A stretch of 41,456 nt of DNA from positions 1 through 41,456 of the forward strand of contig JAJRZV010000069.1 in NCBI GenBank assembly GCA_024275095.1, given 5' to 3'. A program made the position numbers and the translations under genes. The DNA is from a bacterium. GTDB lineage: Bacteria > JAJRZV01. Of this stretch, positions 29,320-39,627 are shown one piece after another. Below the pieces are notes generated by a model. It ran no database searches. It was given only the letters and a program-made list of their open reading frames with translations, and was not told the DNA's origin. Within the stretch, counting starts at the first letter, position 1. Every line of letters starts with the position of its first letter.

Positions 29320-30242
29320 TTAAAGTGAAGTTAATTGTTATGGCCCTGTGTGCTGTGTGGACTTTCCAGGCTGGTGCCGAATTTACTTTCATCGACGGAG
29401 TGGCTGCTGTAGTTGACAGTAACCCCGTAACCGTATCTGAGGTTAAGGCTGCTGCAAAAGTGCTTTCTGAAATGGGAAACAGGGATACCACCTGCCGGGA
29501 AGCTCTGGAGTACATGGTGGATATGAATATACTGGAAAAAGAAGCGGGAGAACGGGGCCTCAAGGTTACGGATGAGGAAGTGGAAACGGCAATAAAGGCT
29601 GTTGCCACGAGAAACAATTTCAGCTATAGACAACTAAAAGAGGTGATCGAAGCAAAGGGCATCCCTTTTTCAGTGTACAGAAACATTGTGAAGTACGAAT
29701 TGTTGAAGGATCGTTTTATCAGAAGTGTAATTCAGCCAGAAACCATGGTGGGACCGTCCGATGTAAGAGCACTTTATAGTGAATTGCATAAGCAGGGATT
29801 GAGACCGGTTAGCGTGGTTGTGTTCGTTGGCAGGAACAGAAAACAGGTAAGCAAAGCACGTCTTTTGCTGACAGAGGAAAAAGATTTTAAACACGTAAAC
29901 CAGGAATTCCCGGAGGTGGTTTCAACTCCCATCAAAAACGTATGGCCTGAAGACCTGAACCCTCAGGTAAAAACCGTTCTCCAAAATCTCAAACCCGGCG
30001 AGATGTCGGATATTTTTCAAATTGGTGAGAAGTGGGGCTTTGTTCTCTTTACCGGGCTTGATGATAATGATTCGGCTCAAAAGATTCCCCCGGAGGTATA
30101 TTCGCGGCTGGAGCAAATGGCGCTGCTCAAGAAGATTAACGAGGAACTGAAAAGGAAACTCGCACGGTTCAGGACAAAGCATTTTGTAGAATTCTTACAG
30201 GTTCCAGGATGTGAAGAGCCGTTAGCAAATAACAAGCAGTAA
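29316..30242 (+). CDS. surA: SurA N-terminal domain chaperone
   Basis: IDGVAAVVDSNPVTVSEV and VTDEEVETAI. Lies directly upstream of pdxA. Confidence 0.75.
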   Translation: MIKVKLIVMALCAVWTFQAGAEFTFIDGVAAVVDSNPVTVSEVKAAAKVLSEMGNRDTTCREALEYMVDMNILEKEAGERGLKVTDEEVETAIKAVATRNNFSYRQLKEVIEAKGIPFSVYRNIVKYELLKDRFIRSVIQPETMVGPSDVRALYSELHKQGLRPVSVVVFVGRNRKQVSKARLLLTEEKDFKHVNQEFPEVVSTPIKNVWPEDLNPQVKTVLQNLKPGEMSDIFQIGEKWGFVLFTGLDDNDSAQKIPPEVYSRLEQMALLKKINEELKRKLARFRTKHFVEFLQVPGCEEPLANNKQ

Positions 30243-30255
30243 AAGGAGGTTGACA

Positions 30256-31305
30256 ATGTCAGATTCTGCCCCTGTGATAGGAATTACAATGGGAGACCCT
30301 ACAGGTATAGGGCCGGAGATCATTGTGAAAGCGCTGACTAAAACCACAGTCACCTCCGAAGTGAAGCCGATTGTCTTCGGGGATAAGGGAGTACTTCGCA
30401 AAACACTCGATGAATTGAAGGTTAAAGCTGATGTGAAGGTTGTTAATAATTTACGCGAGGCACGCCCCACCCGTAAAACCATTTGTGTGAGGAATGTTAC
30501 CAATCTTAACCTCGGTCGACTTCGCTACGGCCGTCCGGATAAAAATTGCGGCAAGGCAATGGCCGCCTATATTCGTACTGCCACCCAGGCTGCAATGGCC
30601 GGAGAAATTGATGCAATTGTGACAGCTCCCATCAACAAGGAGGCCATGAACAATGCTGGCGTGAAATATGCAGGACATACGGAAATGATGGCAGAAATGA
30701 CAGGCACTGAAGATTATGCCATGATGCTTGCGGGGACGAAGTTAAAAGTGGTGATGGTTACGACACACGTACCGCTCAGGGATGTTCATACGGGACTGAC
30801 ACCCGGTAAAGTATTCAAAGTTATTAAGCTTACCTGTCTTTCTCTTATTGAATTGTTCGGTGTGAGAAATCCTCGAATAGCTGTTACGGGGCTTAATCCA
30901 CATGGTGGAGAAGGGGGACTTTTCGGATATGAAGAAAGGGAGTTGATTTTACCTGCTGTAAACAATGCCAAAAATCTGGGTATCAATGTGAGGGGACCGC
31001 TTCCGGCAGACACGGTTTTTTATTTTGCGCTTAAAGGTGAGTATGATGCAGTGGTGACCATGTATCACGATCAGGGTCTTATCCCCCTTAAAATGCTCCA
31101 CTTTACAGATGCGGTGAATGTAACGCTGGGCTTGCCGGTAATTCGCACCTCAGTGGACCACGGCACTGCTTATGACATTGCAGGCAAAGGAATCGCCAGT
31201 TACGGGAGCCTGCTTGCTGCAATTAAGATGGCGGGAAGGATGGCCCGGGAGAAAAAAATCTTTCATCTTCAAAAAGAAGAAAAGAGACGCCGCAGACGCC
31301 TGTGA
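30256..31305 (+). CDS. pdxA: 4-hydroxythreonine-4-phosphate dehydrogenase
   Basis: TMGDPTGIGPEI, TAPINK, GHTE, GLNPHGGE, MYHDQG and RTSVDHGTAYDIAGKG. ATG 30256 follows AGGAGG. Confidence 0.97.
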   Translation: MSDSAPVIGITMGDPTGIGPEIIVKALTKTTVTSEVKPIVFGDKGVLRKTLDELKVKADVKVVNNLREARPTRKTICVRNVTNLNLGRLRYGRPDKNCGKAMAAYIRTATQAAMAGEIDAIVTAPINKEAMNNAGVKYAGHTEMMAEMTGTEDYAMMLAGTKLKVVMVTTHVPLRDVHTGLTPGKVFKVIKLTCLSLIELFGVRNPRIAVTGLNPHGGEGGLFGYEERELILPAVNNAKNLGINVRGPLPADTVFYFALKGEYDAVVTMYHDQGLIPLKMLHFTDAVNVTLGLPVIRTSVDHGTAYDIAGKGIASYGSLLAAIKMAGRMAREKKIFHLQKEEKRRRRRL

Positions 31306-34148
31306 ATTGGGACAGGCCAATTGTCATTACAGGTGCGCGTGAGCACAATTTGAAAAATATAACAGTTTCCCTCCCAAGAGAGGCTTTTATCGTTATCACA
31401 GGCATATCTGGTTCAGGTAAATCCACCCTGGCATTTGACATTATTTATGCCGAAGGCCAGCGCAAGTACATAGAGTCTCTTTCTGCATACGCAAGGCAGT
31501 TCCTTGAGCGCATGCAGAAGCCTGATGTTGATGAAATCTCGGGCTTGTCTCCGACCATTGCCATAGAACAGCGCAAAGCAGCTTACAATCCCCGCTCTAC
31601 TGTGGGTACTGTGACGGAAATTTATGACTACCTGCGCCTTCTTTTCGCCCGTGCGGGCAAGGCGTATTGCCCTCGATGTGACATTCCTATTGAAAGCATG
31701 AGTGCTGAGGAAATTGTTCAGCGCATTTTTCAATACTATACCGACCAGCTGATCAATATTTATTCCCCGGTTGTTCGTGGCAGAAAAGGAGAATTCAAGC
31801 GCGAATTTCAGGCCTATTTGCGTCAGGGTTTTGTGAAATTCCGCATTGACGGGAAAGTGACGTCAGATCCACTGGCGATGAATATAGACAAGAAAAAGAA
31901 GCACCACGTAGAGGTGCTTGTGGACGAGGTGGAAGTCGTTCCTGAAGAGAGAGGTCGTGTTTTCGAATCCGTTGCTCTTGCGCTTGACCTTTCGGGAGGC
32001 CTGGTGTGTGTAGAAACACAGTCTGGTGCAAAAGAGACGTGGAGCGAAAAATACGCGTGTCCACAGTGTGGCTTCACCTTTTCTGAGATATCTCCCAGGA
32101 CATTTTCGTTCAACAGTCCTTATGGTGCGTGCCCCTCTTGCAGTGGACTCGGCACCCTTAATGATTTTGATCCCTTGCTGGTGGTACCCGACGAGTCGCT
32201 TTCTTTGCGGGAGGGAGCCATCGCACCTTTCCGGGGACGTAACAGCGGTTTTTATACTCAAATGCTTCAATGTGTTGCAGACCATTTTGGTTTTGATACG
32301 GATGTACCTTTCCGTGAACTGCCCGAATATGTGAAAAAGATCATTTTTTACGGTTCGGGAGACGAAGAAATTGACTTTTACATCCGAACCGATCGCACCT
32401 TTTATTTCACACGTCCCTTTGAAGGGGTGATACCTCTGCTCGAAAGAAGATATCGTGAAACAGAGAGCATGAGCGAACGTGAAGAACTCGAGCGCTTTAT
32501 GAGACACAGACCGTGTCCCGATTGTGGCGGTTCGCGCCTCAAAAGAGAATATCTTCATGTAAAATTCAGTGGCAAAAACATTCATGAACTCAGTGATATG
32601 AGCGCGTTCGAACTCAGGCGATTCCTGAGTTCCGTGAAGTTAGAAGGAAAGGAAAAAATCATCGCGGAAAAAATTCTTGCGGAGGTCATTCGGCGGCTTT
32701 CGTTTATGGAAGATGTGGGACTCGGGTATTTAAGTCTCAGCCGCCCGGTACATACACTCTCTGGTGGAGAATATCAGCGCACCAAGCTGGCCACCCAGGT
32801 GGGCTCGGGGCTTGTTGGAGTTATATATGTACTGGATGAACCCAGCATTGGTCTTCACCCTCGTGACACCTGGAGATTGTTGAAAACGCTGAAAGGCCTG
32901 CGTGACCTTGGGAACACGATTATAGTGGTAGATCACGATATGGACACCATTCGTCAGGCAGACTGGATTCTCGATCTGGGTCCTGGTGCGGGGGAGGCGG
33001 GAGGATACGTTGTGGTTGAAGGGCCACCGGATGATGTGGCCGCATGTGATAAGTCTTACACCGGCCAGTACCTCAGTGGACGTTTAAAGATTGAGATGCC
33101 TTCGCGACGGCGTCATCCACGCGGATACATCTGGCTCAAGGGTTGTACTCACCATAACCTTAAAAACATTGATGTAAGAATTCCACTGGGTGTGTTTGTA
33201 TGTGTAACAGGTGTGTCAGGCTCGGGTAAAAGTACACTTGTAATGGATATCCTTTATCCCGCATTGAAGGGACGTCTTACACGCAGTCGTGTTGTGGCAG
33301 GTGCTTTTAAAACGCTGGAAGGCTGGGACCAGGTGGACAGAGTTATAGAAGTGGACCAGAGTCCTATAGGCCGCACACCCCGCTCAAATCCCGTGACATA
33401 TATTGGAGCATTTACACCGATAAGAGAGTTGTTTGCAAAGACTCGAGAGGCTCGTATGAAAGGTTACCGCCCGGGTCATTTCAGTTTCAATGTAAAGGGT
33501 GGACGCTGTGAAGCATGTAAAGGGGATGGATACATCAAAATAGATATGCAGTTTATGCCTGATGTATATGTAAAGTGTGATGTGTGTGGTGGAAAACGTT
33601 TCCACAGTGAAACGCTGGAGGTTCGCTTCAAGGGTAAGAATATTTATGAGGTTCTGGAACTTACGGTAGATGAGGCATTGGAACTTTTTAATAACATACC
33701 AGCAGTAAAACGCAAGCTGGGCCTGCTTCAGGAGGTGGGCCTGGGCTACATAAAGTTAGGGCAGCCTGCACCCACGCTTTCCGGGGGAGAATCACAACGC
33801 ATCAAACTGGCCAGGGAACTATCAAAACGTGACACGGGCCGGACTCTTTACATACTGGATGAACCGACCATTGGCTTACATGCCCATGACGTGAGCAAAC
33901 TTTTGAAAGTTCTGGAACGACTGGTAGATGCTGGTAATACGGTGGTGGTGATAGAGCATAACCTGGATGTGGTAAAGTGTGCTGACTGGATTATAGATTT
34001 GGGACCAGAGGGTGGTGAAAACGGTGGTCGCATTGTTGCAGAAGGTGCCCCGGAGGAAGTTATGCAAAATCCCAATTCTTATACCGCAGAGCACCTGAGA
34101 ATGTATCTTTCTCTTGAAAAACGTGTTGAACAGGGAACACCGGCTTAA
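31302..34148 (+). CDS. uvrA: Excinuclease ABC subunit A
   Basis: GAREHNLKN, two Walker A motifs (GISGSGKS, GVSGSGKS), two LSGGE signatures and zinc fingers. Confidence 0.99.
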   Translation: MNWDRPIVITGAREHNLKNITVSLPREAFIVITGISGSGKSTLAFDIIYAEGQRKYIESLSAYARQFLERMQKPDVDEISGLSPTIAIEQRKAAYNPRSTVGTVTEIYDYLRLLFARAGKAYCPRCDIPIESMSAEEIVQRIFQYYTDQLINIYSPVVRGRKGEFKREFQAYLRQGFVKFRIDGKVTSDPLAMNIDKKKKHHVEVLVDEVEVVPEERGRVFESVALALDLSGGLVCVETQSGAKETWSEKYACPQCGFTFSEISPRTFSFNSPYGACPSCSGLGTLNDFDPLLVVPDESLSLREGAIAPFRGRNSGFYTQMLQCVADHFGFDTDVPFRELPEYVKKIIFYGSGDEEIDFYIRTDRTFYFTRPFEGVIPLLERRYRETESMSEREELERFMRHRPCPDCGGSRLKREYLHVKFSGKNIHELSDMSAFELRRFLSSVKLEGKEKIIAEKILAEVIRRLSFMEDVGLGYLSLSRPVHTLSGGEYQRTKLATQVGSGLVGVIYVLDEPSIGLHPRDTWRLLKTLKGLRDLGNTIIVVDHDMDTIRQADWILDLGPGAGEAGGYVVVEGPPDDVAACDKSYTGQYLSGRLKIEMPSRRRHPRGYIWLKGCTHHNLKNIDVRIPLGVFVCVTGVSGSGKSTLVMDILYPALKGRLTRSRVVAGAFKTLEGWDQVDRVIEVDQSPIGRTPRSNPVTYIGAFTPIRELFAKTREARMKGYRPGHFSFNVKGGRCEACKGDGYIKIDMQFMPDVYVKCDVCGGKRFHSETLEVRFKGKNIYEVLELTVDEALELFNNIPAVKRKLGLLQEVGLGYIKLGQPAPTLSGGESQRIKLARELSKRDTGRTLYILDEPTIGLHAHDVSKLLKVLERLVDAGNTVVVIEHNLDVVKCADWIIDLGPEGGENGGRIVAEGAPEEVMQNPNSYTAEHLRMYLSLEKRVEQGTPA

Positions 34149-34154
34149 GTTTTT

Positions 34155-35546
34155 GTGATTCTGTCGAGGTCAAATGTGAAAGCCCACAGGATATTTGCAA
34201 AAGTGAAAAGCTTTGTTTTAAGAGAAGGTCTTATCCGCGAAGGGGATGCAATTATCGCAGCTGTCTCAGGTGGTCCAGATAGCGTGGCCATGCTGGATAT
34301 GCTTTTGCGTCTTAGAAGACATATCCCCTTTTCAGTGACTGTTGCTCACTATAATCATCGAGTGAGGGGGGCTGAAAGTGATCGTGACGAAACCTTTGTG
34401 AGGGAACTCGCCAGGCGGGAAGGACTTGATTTTGTTTTTGCACGGCGGAAAGCTTCTAAAAAGATGAAGACCTCGGAGTCCGAGTTGCGGAAGGCACGTT
34501 ATCGGTTCCTTCTTCAACTGGCTGACCAGATGGAGGCGAAAATCGCACTCGCCCACCACCGTAATGACCAGGTAGAAACAGTCCTTATGCGCATTTTTAG
34601 GGGTACGGGAGTAAAGGGACTACCTGCAATGCGTCCTGTTTCCGGGCCTCTCATCAGACCGCTTCTGTGTTTGTGGAGATACGAAATAGAGGATTATGTG
34701 CATGAAAGAAGATTGGAATACGTTGATGACGTAACCAACAGAGATGAGCGTATTCCCCGCAATTTCCTCCGGCTCAGGGTTATCCCCATGGTGGAAAAGA
34801 TGTTTCCGGGAGCGTCGGACGCGGTATTGCGACTTGCAGAAAGTGCTTACGAGGACACGCTTTTTCTCGAAGCTCTTGCCAGACGCTTTATTTCCCATGC
34901 TTCGCTTCAAAAAGAAACAGCAGTGTATTCACTCGATGAGTTGCGATCCCTTCCTGTAGCTCTCAGAAAGCGTCTTATTCGTATCACTGTAGAAACAATA
35001 ACAGGTAATGTACCTTCGTGGAAATTTGTGGATCAGGTGGAAAATATTGTGTTCTCCACCGAGGCTGTTGAGTCAAAAGGGAGTGGTGTTTATGTGTACA
35101 GGGAAGGTCATTATTTGGTGATTACGCGGGGAAGAAAAAATCGAAAGGTTGTGTACCGTTACATGGTTGAAAATCCTGGCACTACACTCCAGATCGTGGA
35201 AACAGGCGTTGAAATTACTTTTGAAGAAGAAACAGGACCTGCGGTCGCTTTTGACAGGACCTGTGAAGCAGTCGTTGACATGGACAAAATTGTTTTCCCG
35301 TTGTGTATCAGAACCTGGAAAGCGGGTGATCGGTTTCTACCTTTTGGAGGCCCGGGGCAGGTTAAACTCAAAGAATTTTTTGTGGCGGAGGGAGTACCGT
35401 CACACCTTCGACATTATTATCCTGTTGTTGAAGATGCACGTGGAGAGATTATCTGGATTGCTCCGTTGAGGATTGGCCAGAAGGTTGCTGTTTCTGCAAC
35501 AACAAGGCGGATATTGAAAATGTGTATTAAAATACCTGGAGATTGA
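34155..35546 (+). CDS. tilS: tRNA(Ile)-lysidine synthetase
   Basis: AVSGGPDS PP-loop, AHHRNDQVET, IRPLL, RNFLR and a C-terminal TilS_C domain. Confidence 0.97.
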   Translation: MILSRSNVKAHRIFAKVKSFVLREGLIREGDAIIAAVSGGPDSVAMLDMLLRLRRHIPFSVTVAHYNHRVRGAESDRDETFVRELARREGLDFVFARRKASKKMKTSESELRKARYRFLLQLADQMEAKIALAHHRNDQVETVLMRIFRGTGVKGLPAMRPVSGPLIRPLLCLWRYEIEDYVHERRLEYVDDVTNRDERIPRNFLRLRVIPMVEKMFPGASDAVLRLAESAYEDTLFLEALARRFISHASLQKETAVYSLDELRSLPVALRKRLIRITVETITGNVPSWKFVDQVENIVFSTEAVESKGSGVYVYREGHYLVITRGRKNRKVVYRYMVENPGTTLQIVETGVEITFEEETGPAVAFDRTCEAVVDMDKIVFPLCIRTWKAGDRFLPFGGPGQVKLKEFFVAEGVPSHLRHYYPVVEDARGEIIWIAPLRIGQKVAVSATTRRILKMCIKIPGD

Positions 35547-35689
35547 AAAATTATTAATATGCACAAGTGAATATTTTGGTAAAACTTGAAATCGCAGCAG
35601 GTATTAGTTTCAGGATTTTTTGACGTTGTACTTTATGAAAGTTTAGGATTATGTGGGAGTAAAAAAGTTCTCAGTGATGGAGGGGAATA

Positions 35690-36541
35690 ATGAAGAAAGT
35701 AGCAATACTTGGTGCAGGTACCATGGGCAGTGGCATCGGATATGATGTCGCTCGTTCAGGATATTTGGCCAGCCTTTTCGATGTATCCGGGGCAGTGCTG
35801 GAAAAAGCGCGTTCTTATCACGAAGGTCTGCTGAAACGTGCTGTGGAAAAGGGTCGGATGAGCGAAGGGGATGCCTCTGACACGAGATCACGTCTTTCCT
35901 ATACCACCAGTGAAAAGGAATGTCTTGAAGGCGCGGATATAGTGATAGAAGCTGTACCTGAGAATCTGGAGTTGAAAAAGGAAGTGTTCGGTAAGATAGA
36001 AGAACTTGCGCCGGATCATGCAATTCTGGGAACAAATACCAGTTCCCTTTCCATTACCGGTATTGCTTCAGAGCTGAAGAATCCGGAACGCGTTGTGGGT
36101 ATTCACTTTTTCAATCCCGTGCCTGTAATGAAGCTCGTTGAAATAGTGAAAGGCCTCACCACTTCTCAGGATACGGTAGCAAAGGCTGTAGAGTTCGCAC
36201 GGTCGCTGGGTAAGACCACAGTTGTGGTGAATGATAGCCCTGGTTTTGTTACTACGCGGATTGGGCTTGTGCTCATTGCCGAGGGTATCCGTGTGTATGA
36301 AGCCGGCGTTGCTTCGATGGAAGATATAGACACCGCCATGAAACTCGGCTACAACATGCCCATGGGACCGTTTGAGCTGGCAGATCTCATCGGTCTTGAT
36401 GTGGTTTATAACGTTCTCAAGGCCATATATGCAGAGCTGGGAGATCCGCGTTACGCGCCTCCTTTTACTCTCAAGAAATATGTAACAGCGGGAAAACTGG
36501 GACGTAAAACAGGCGAAGGTTTTTACAGGTACGAAAAGTAA
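35690..36541 (+). CDS. 3-hydroxybutyryl/3-hydroxyacyl-CoA dehydrogenase
   Basis: GAGTMGSGI, IEAVPE, TNTSSLSI, GIHFFNPVP, PMGPFELADLIGLD and LGRKTGEGFY. Confidence 0.95.
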   Translation: MKKVAILGAGTMGSGIGYDVARSGYLASLFDVSGAVLEKARSYHEGLLKRAVEKGRMSEGDASDTRSRLSYTTSEKECLEGADIVIEAVPENLELKKEVFGKIEELAPDHAILGTNTSSLSITGIASELKNPERVVGIHFFNPVPVMKLVEIVKGLTTSQDTVAKAVEFARSLGKTTVVVNDSPGFVTTRIGLVLIAEGIRVYEAGVASMEDIDTAMKLGYNMPMGPFELADLIGLDVVYNVLKAIYAELGDPRYAPPFTLKKYVTAGKLGRKTGEGFYRYEK

Positions 36542-36558
36542 TTCTGGAGGTCCATCAG

Positions 36559-37350
36559 GTGCAGGATGTTCTTTACGAGAAAAAAGGCTACGGCGGTTGG
36601 ATTATTATTAACCGGCCGGAAAGGCGAAATGCTTTCCGCTATCAGACAGTGATGGAGCTGAGAGATGCTTTGCGCATTGCCATAAGTGATAATGAAGTGG
36701 CTGCAGTTGTCATCACGGGTGCAGGGGGTGAGGCTTTTTGTGCCGGTGGTGATATCGAGGAAATGAAGGAATTTGATGCCCGGGCTGCCCGTGATTTTCT
36801 TTTTAATTTTGCACATTTGCTCTTCGAGATACGCACAGCTCCCAAGGTGGTGATTGCAGCAATAAATGGATATTGCCTTGGCGGGGGTAATGAAATTAAC
36901 CTCGCATGTGACCTTTCTGTCGCAACAGAAGGTTCTGTGTTTGGACAGACCGGCCCTGCTGTCGGTGCCTCACCCGTAATGGGCGGTCCTCAACTTTTAC
37001 CTTTTATCGTGGGTGACAAAAAGGCGCGGGAAATTATGTTTCTCTGTTACAAATACTCTGCCCGTGAGGCCGAGAAAATGGGATGGATTAACAGGGTTGT
37101 TCCCGATGGGGCCCTGGAGAACGCGGTGACGGAATGGGTTGAACAAATTGCACGTTTGAGTCCACAGGCACTCAGAATTGCAAAGGAAACACTTAACCTT
37201 TCAAATGACCGTTTTTTTTCTTCACTTTTGCATGCAGCAGAAGTTTTGGCGTTAACATACGAAAGTGATGAATTTCAAGAAGGCATGAGGGCGTTTCTTG
37301 AAAAACGGCACCCGCACTTCAGAAAGAGCCCTGCATGTGATAAAAATTAA
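36559..37350 (+). CDS. Crotonase-superfamily enzyme (MenB/BadI/Oah-like subgroup)
   Basis: INRPERRNA, AFCAGGD, GYCLGGGNEI and FGQTGPAVG. Confidence 0.88.
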   Translation: MQDVLYEKKGYGGWIIINRPERRNAFRYQTVMELRDALRIAISDNEVAAVVITGAGGEAFCAGGDIEEMKEFDARAARDFLFNFAHLLFEIRTAPKVVIAAINGYCLGGGNEINLACDLSVATEGSVFGQTGPAVGASPVMGGPQLLPFIVGDKKAREIMFLCYKYSAREAEKMGWINRVVPDGALENAVTEWVEQIARLSPQALRIAKETLNLSNDRFFSSLLHAAEVLALTYESDEFQEGMRAFLEKRHPHFRKSPACDKN

Positions 37351-37365
37351 GAAAGGGAGGCCGGC

Positions 37366-37746
37366 ATGAACCTTGAACAAACCTTAAAAGCTTTGCTGGA
37401 GAAGGTTCAGAGCATTTCCCGCTCTGAAACCGTTGTGGGTGAACCGAGGCAAATAGGAGAGGCCACGCTTGTGCCTATTTCGCGACTACGCGTGGGTTTT
37501 GCAGTGGGTACTCACGACCGAGGCCAATCAGAAGCAAAAGGGAAGGCCGAGGGCGGTGTGACAGGTGGGGGAATCCTTGTGGACCCTGTGGCCATTCTTT
37601 ACATTAACAAAGAAGGTCAGGCTCAACTGTTCTTGCTGGCCAAGGAGGGTACTCCCGTGCTTGCTCGTATTATAGATCTTATTCCTGATGCTGTTGACCG
37701 CATCATTGGCAGGAAAAAAGAGGAAGAGGGGAAGCAAAAGGATTGA
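37366..37746 (+). CDS. GerW/YtfJ family protein
   Basis: ETVVGEP...TLVPISRLRVGFAVG...GGVTGGGILVDPVAIL. Confidence 0.85.
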   Translation: MNLEQTLKALLEKVQSISRSETVVGEPRQIGEATLVPISRLRVGFAVGTHDRGQSEAKGKAEGGVTGGGILVDPVAILYINKEGQAQLFLLAKEGTPVLARIIDLIPDAVDRIIGRKKEEEGKQKD

Positions 37747-38582
37747 TTCCGGCTTTTTCAACCCATTTCTTTGTATACGCTCCGCTCAGCGTAAACCATC
37801 TTCGTATGCTTGTTAAACACGGGTTTTCGTATGTTGAACTGTGGTGTGCGGAGGGACATATTCACTTTGCTCCGCAGTCATGGAGGGAACTGAAAAGATG
37901 GTGTGCAGACTGCGGGGTTCAGGTAAAAGCAGGGCATGGTCCTTTTTACGATCGGGTAACGCAGGATCCTTCTCTTCGTCGTGTTTTCCATCTTTCGGAC
38001 GAAGGGTCTTCCGGCCGGGAGGCCATGGACTGGACTCGTCGCGCTCTTGAGTTTTTGAGTGAGTTACAGGCAGAAATAATGGTCATACACACAGGATTCC
38101 ACAAGGGTGACCTGTTCGTGCGCATGGATCGCCTGGCAGAACGTGTAAGAACAATACTCGATGAATGGGATATTAGTCTTGCATTTGAAACTGAACCCCA
38201 TACTTACTGCAGTGCATCCGTAATGACCACGTTCATTGAGACGTATCTGGATGCGCACCCCAGGGCAGGAATATGCCTGGACCTGGGCCATGCGAATGTG
38301 TACGGTGGTGTGATGGAAGAGCTGAAGAGCGCGACGAAACGGCTTCTGTACGTGCACGCATCCGATAATTCAGGAACAGCCGATGCCCATCTGGTTCCTG
38401 GAGAAGGAAATATTTCCTGGAGCAGGGTTCTTGAGGAGCTCGAAAAGAGAAAAACTCCCCTTCAGTATTTTACACTTGAGATAAGAGACCATACGCGTGG
38501 AAAGGCCACATTCAGTGAACTGGAAAATGTAATAGAGCAGTGTGCCAGGTGGAGAGATGAACACAGACGTTATTTCTCGTGA
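37743..38582 (+). CDS. Sugar phosphate isomerase/epimerase family TIM barrel (AP_endonuc_2)
   Basis: LAFETE, CLDLGHAN, HASDN...DAHLVPGEGNISW and TLEI. Confidence 0.88.
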   Translation: MIPAFSTHFFVYAPLSVNHLRMLVKHGFSYVELWCAEGHIHFAPQSWRELKRWCADCGVQVKAGHGPFYDRVTQDPSLRRVFHLSDEGSSGREAMDWTRRALEFLSELQAEIMVIHTGFHKGDLFVRMDRLAERVRTILDEWDISLAFETEPHTYCSASVMTTFIETYLDAHPRAGICLDLGHANVYGGVMEELKSATKRLLYVHASDNSGTADAHLVPGEGNISWSRVLEELEKRKTPLQYFTLEIRDHTRGKATFSELENVIEQCARWRDEHRRYFS

Positions 38583-39627
38583 GACTATTGAAAAATCCCT
38601 GAAAGAACATACGCATTTCTCTGCGTCCCTTCAGAAAGTGATTCTTCTCAAAGGTGATGCTTCTACACGCAGCTATGCGCGCCTTACGCTCGTAAATGGC
38701 ACGAGCCTTGTGGCCATGATTCTGGGTAATCCTGAGAAGGCAATTGTTCCAGAAGAATTTGTTGAAGCGCAGGCTTCCTTTTCTGAACTTCCTTTTATCA
38801 ATATACACCGGTATCTTCAAAGAGCTGGTGTGCGGGTTCCGGAGATATACGGATACGATCGGAAAAAAGGTATCCTGTATCTCGAAGATTTTGGTGATCA
38901 ACTGCTCGAAGGTGTGGTTCACAGAGTCGGACATTTTCCTGTGGAACTTTATCAGTGTGCTATTGACGAAATGGTAAAAATGCAGGCGTTCAGCCTGGAG
39001 CATAAAGACAGAAGCTGTTACGCATTTCGTCTTGCTTTTACAGAGGGTGTGTTTTTCTGGGAGTTTGATCACTTTGTCGAATACTGCGTGGAAAAAGAAT
39101 TTCGCCTTCCCCTTTCACGCGGAGAAAAAAGCAGCATGCTGGATTTGTTCAGAGCGGCTTCTCAAACCCTCGCAAAACATTCACGTGTGTTCACCCACCG
39201 GGATTTTCACAGTCGAAACCTTATGGTTCTTTCGGACAGATGCATTGGTGTTCTGGACTTCCAGGATGCAGTCACCGGACCCGTTTTTTATGACCTCGCG
39301 TCACTGCTCCGGGATGCTTATGTGGAAGTGCCAGAGGAGATGGAGGACAAACTACTCGCGTATTACAGTGAAAGTGCAGTTTCCTATCTCACTGGAGCTG
39401 AAATGGAAGATTTTCAATATCTATTCGAACTGAGTGCCTTGCAACGTGATCTTAAAGCAGCGGGCAGGTTTTGCTATATTAAGCTGAAAAAACACAACCC
39501 TGCGTTCATGGTGCATGTTCCTCCTGCGCTGAGAAAAGCAGTAAGAGCTGCCCGCTGTCTTGAGAAAATGAGTTCGGAATGGAAAATAATCTTAGAGGTG
39601 GTAGAGAAACTTCTGGCGAGCATGTGA
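38557..39627 (+). CDS. APH-family phosphotransferase, AmgK-like (MurNAc/GlcNAc anomeric kinase)
   Basis: LKGDASTRSYAR, YLEDFGD, HRDFHSRNLM, LDFQDA...YDLASLLRDAY and QRDLKAAGRF. Confidence 0.88.
   Translation: MNTDVISRETIEKSLKEHTHFSASLQKVILLKGDASTRSYARLTLVNGTSLVAMILGNPEKAIVPEEFVEAQASFSELPFINIHRYLQRAGVRVPEIYGYDRKKGILYLEDFGDQLLEGVVHRVGHFPVELYQCAIDEMVKMQAFSLEHKDRSCYAFRLAFTEGVFFWEFDHFVEYCVEKEFRLPLSRGEKSSMLDLFRAASQTLAKHSRVFTHRDFHSRNLMVLSDRCIGVLDFQDAVTGPVFYDLASLLRDAYVEVPEEMEDKLLAYYSESAVSYLTGAEMEDFQYLFELSALQRDLKAAGRFCYIKLKKHNPAFMVHVPPALRKAVRAARCLEKMSSEWKIILEVVEKLLASM

Noticed and set aside
31863-32585. 240-aa minus-strand ORF
   Set aside because: Antisense shadow of uvrA.
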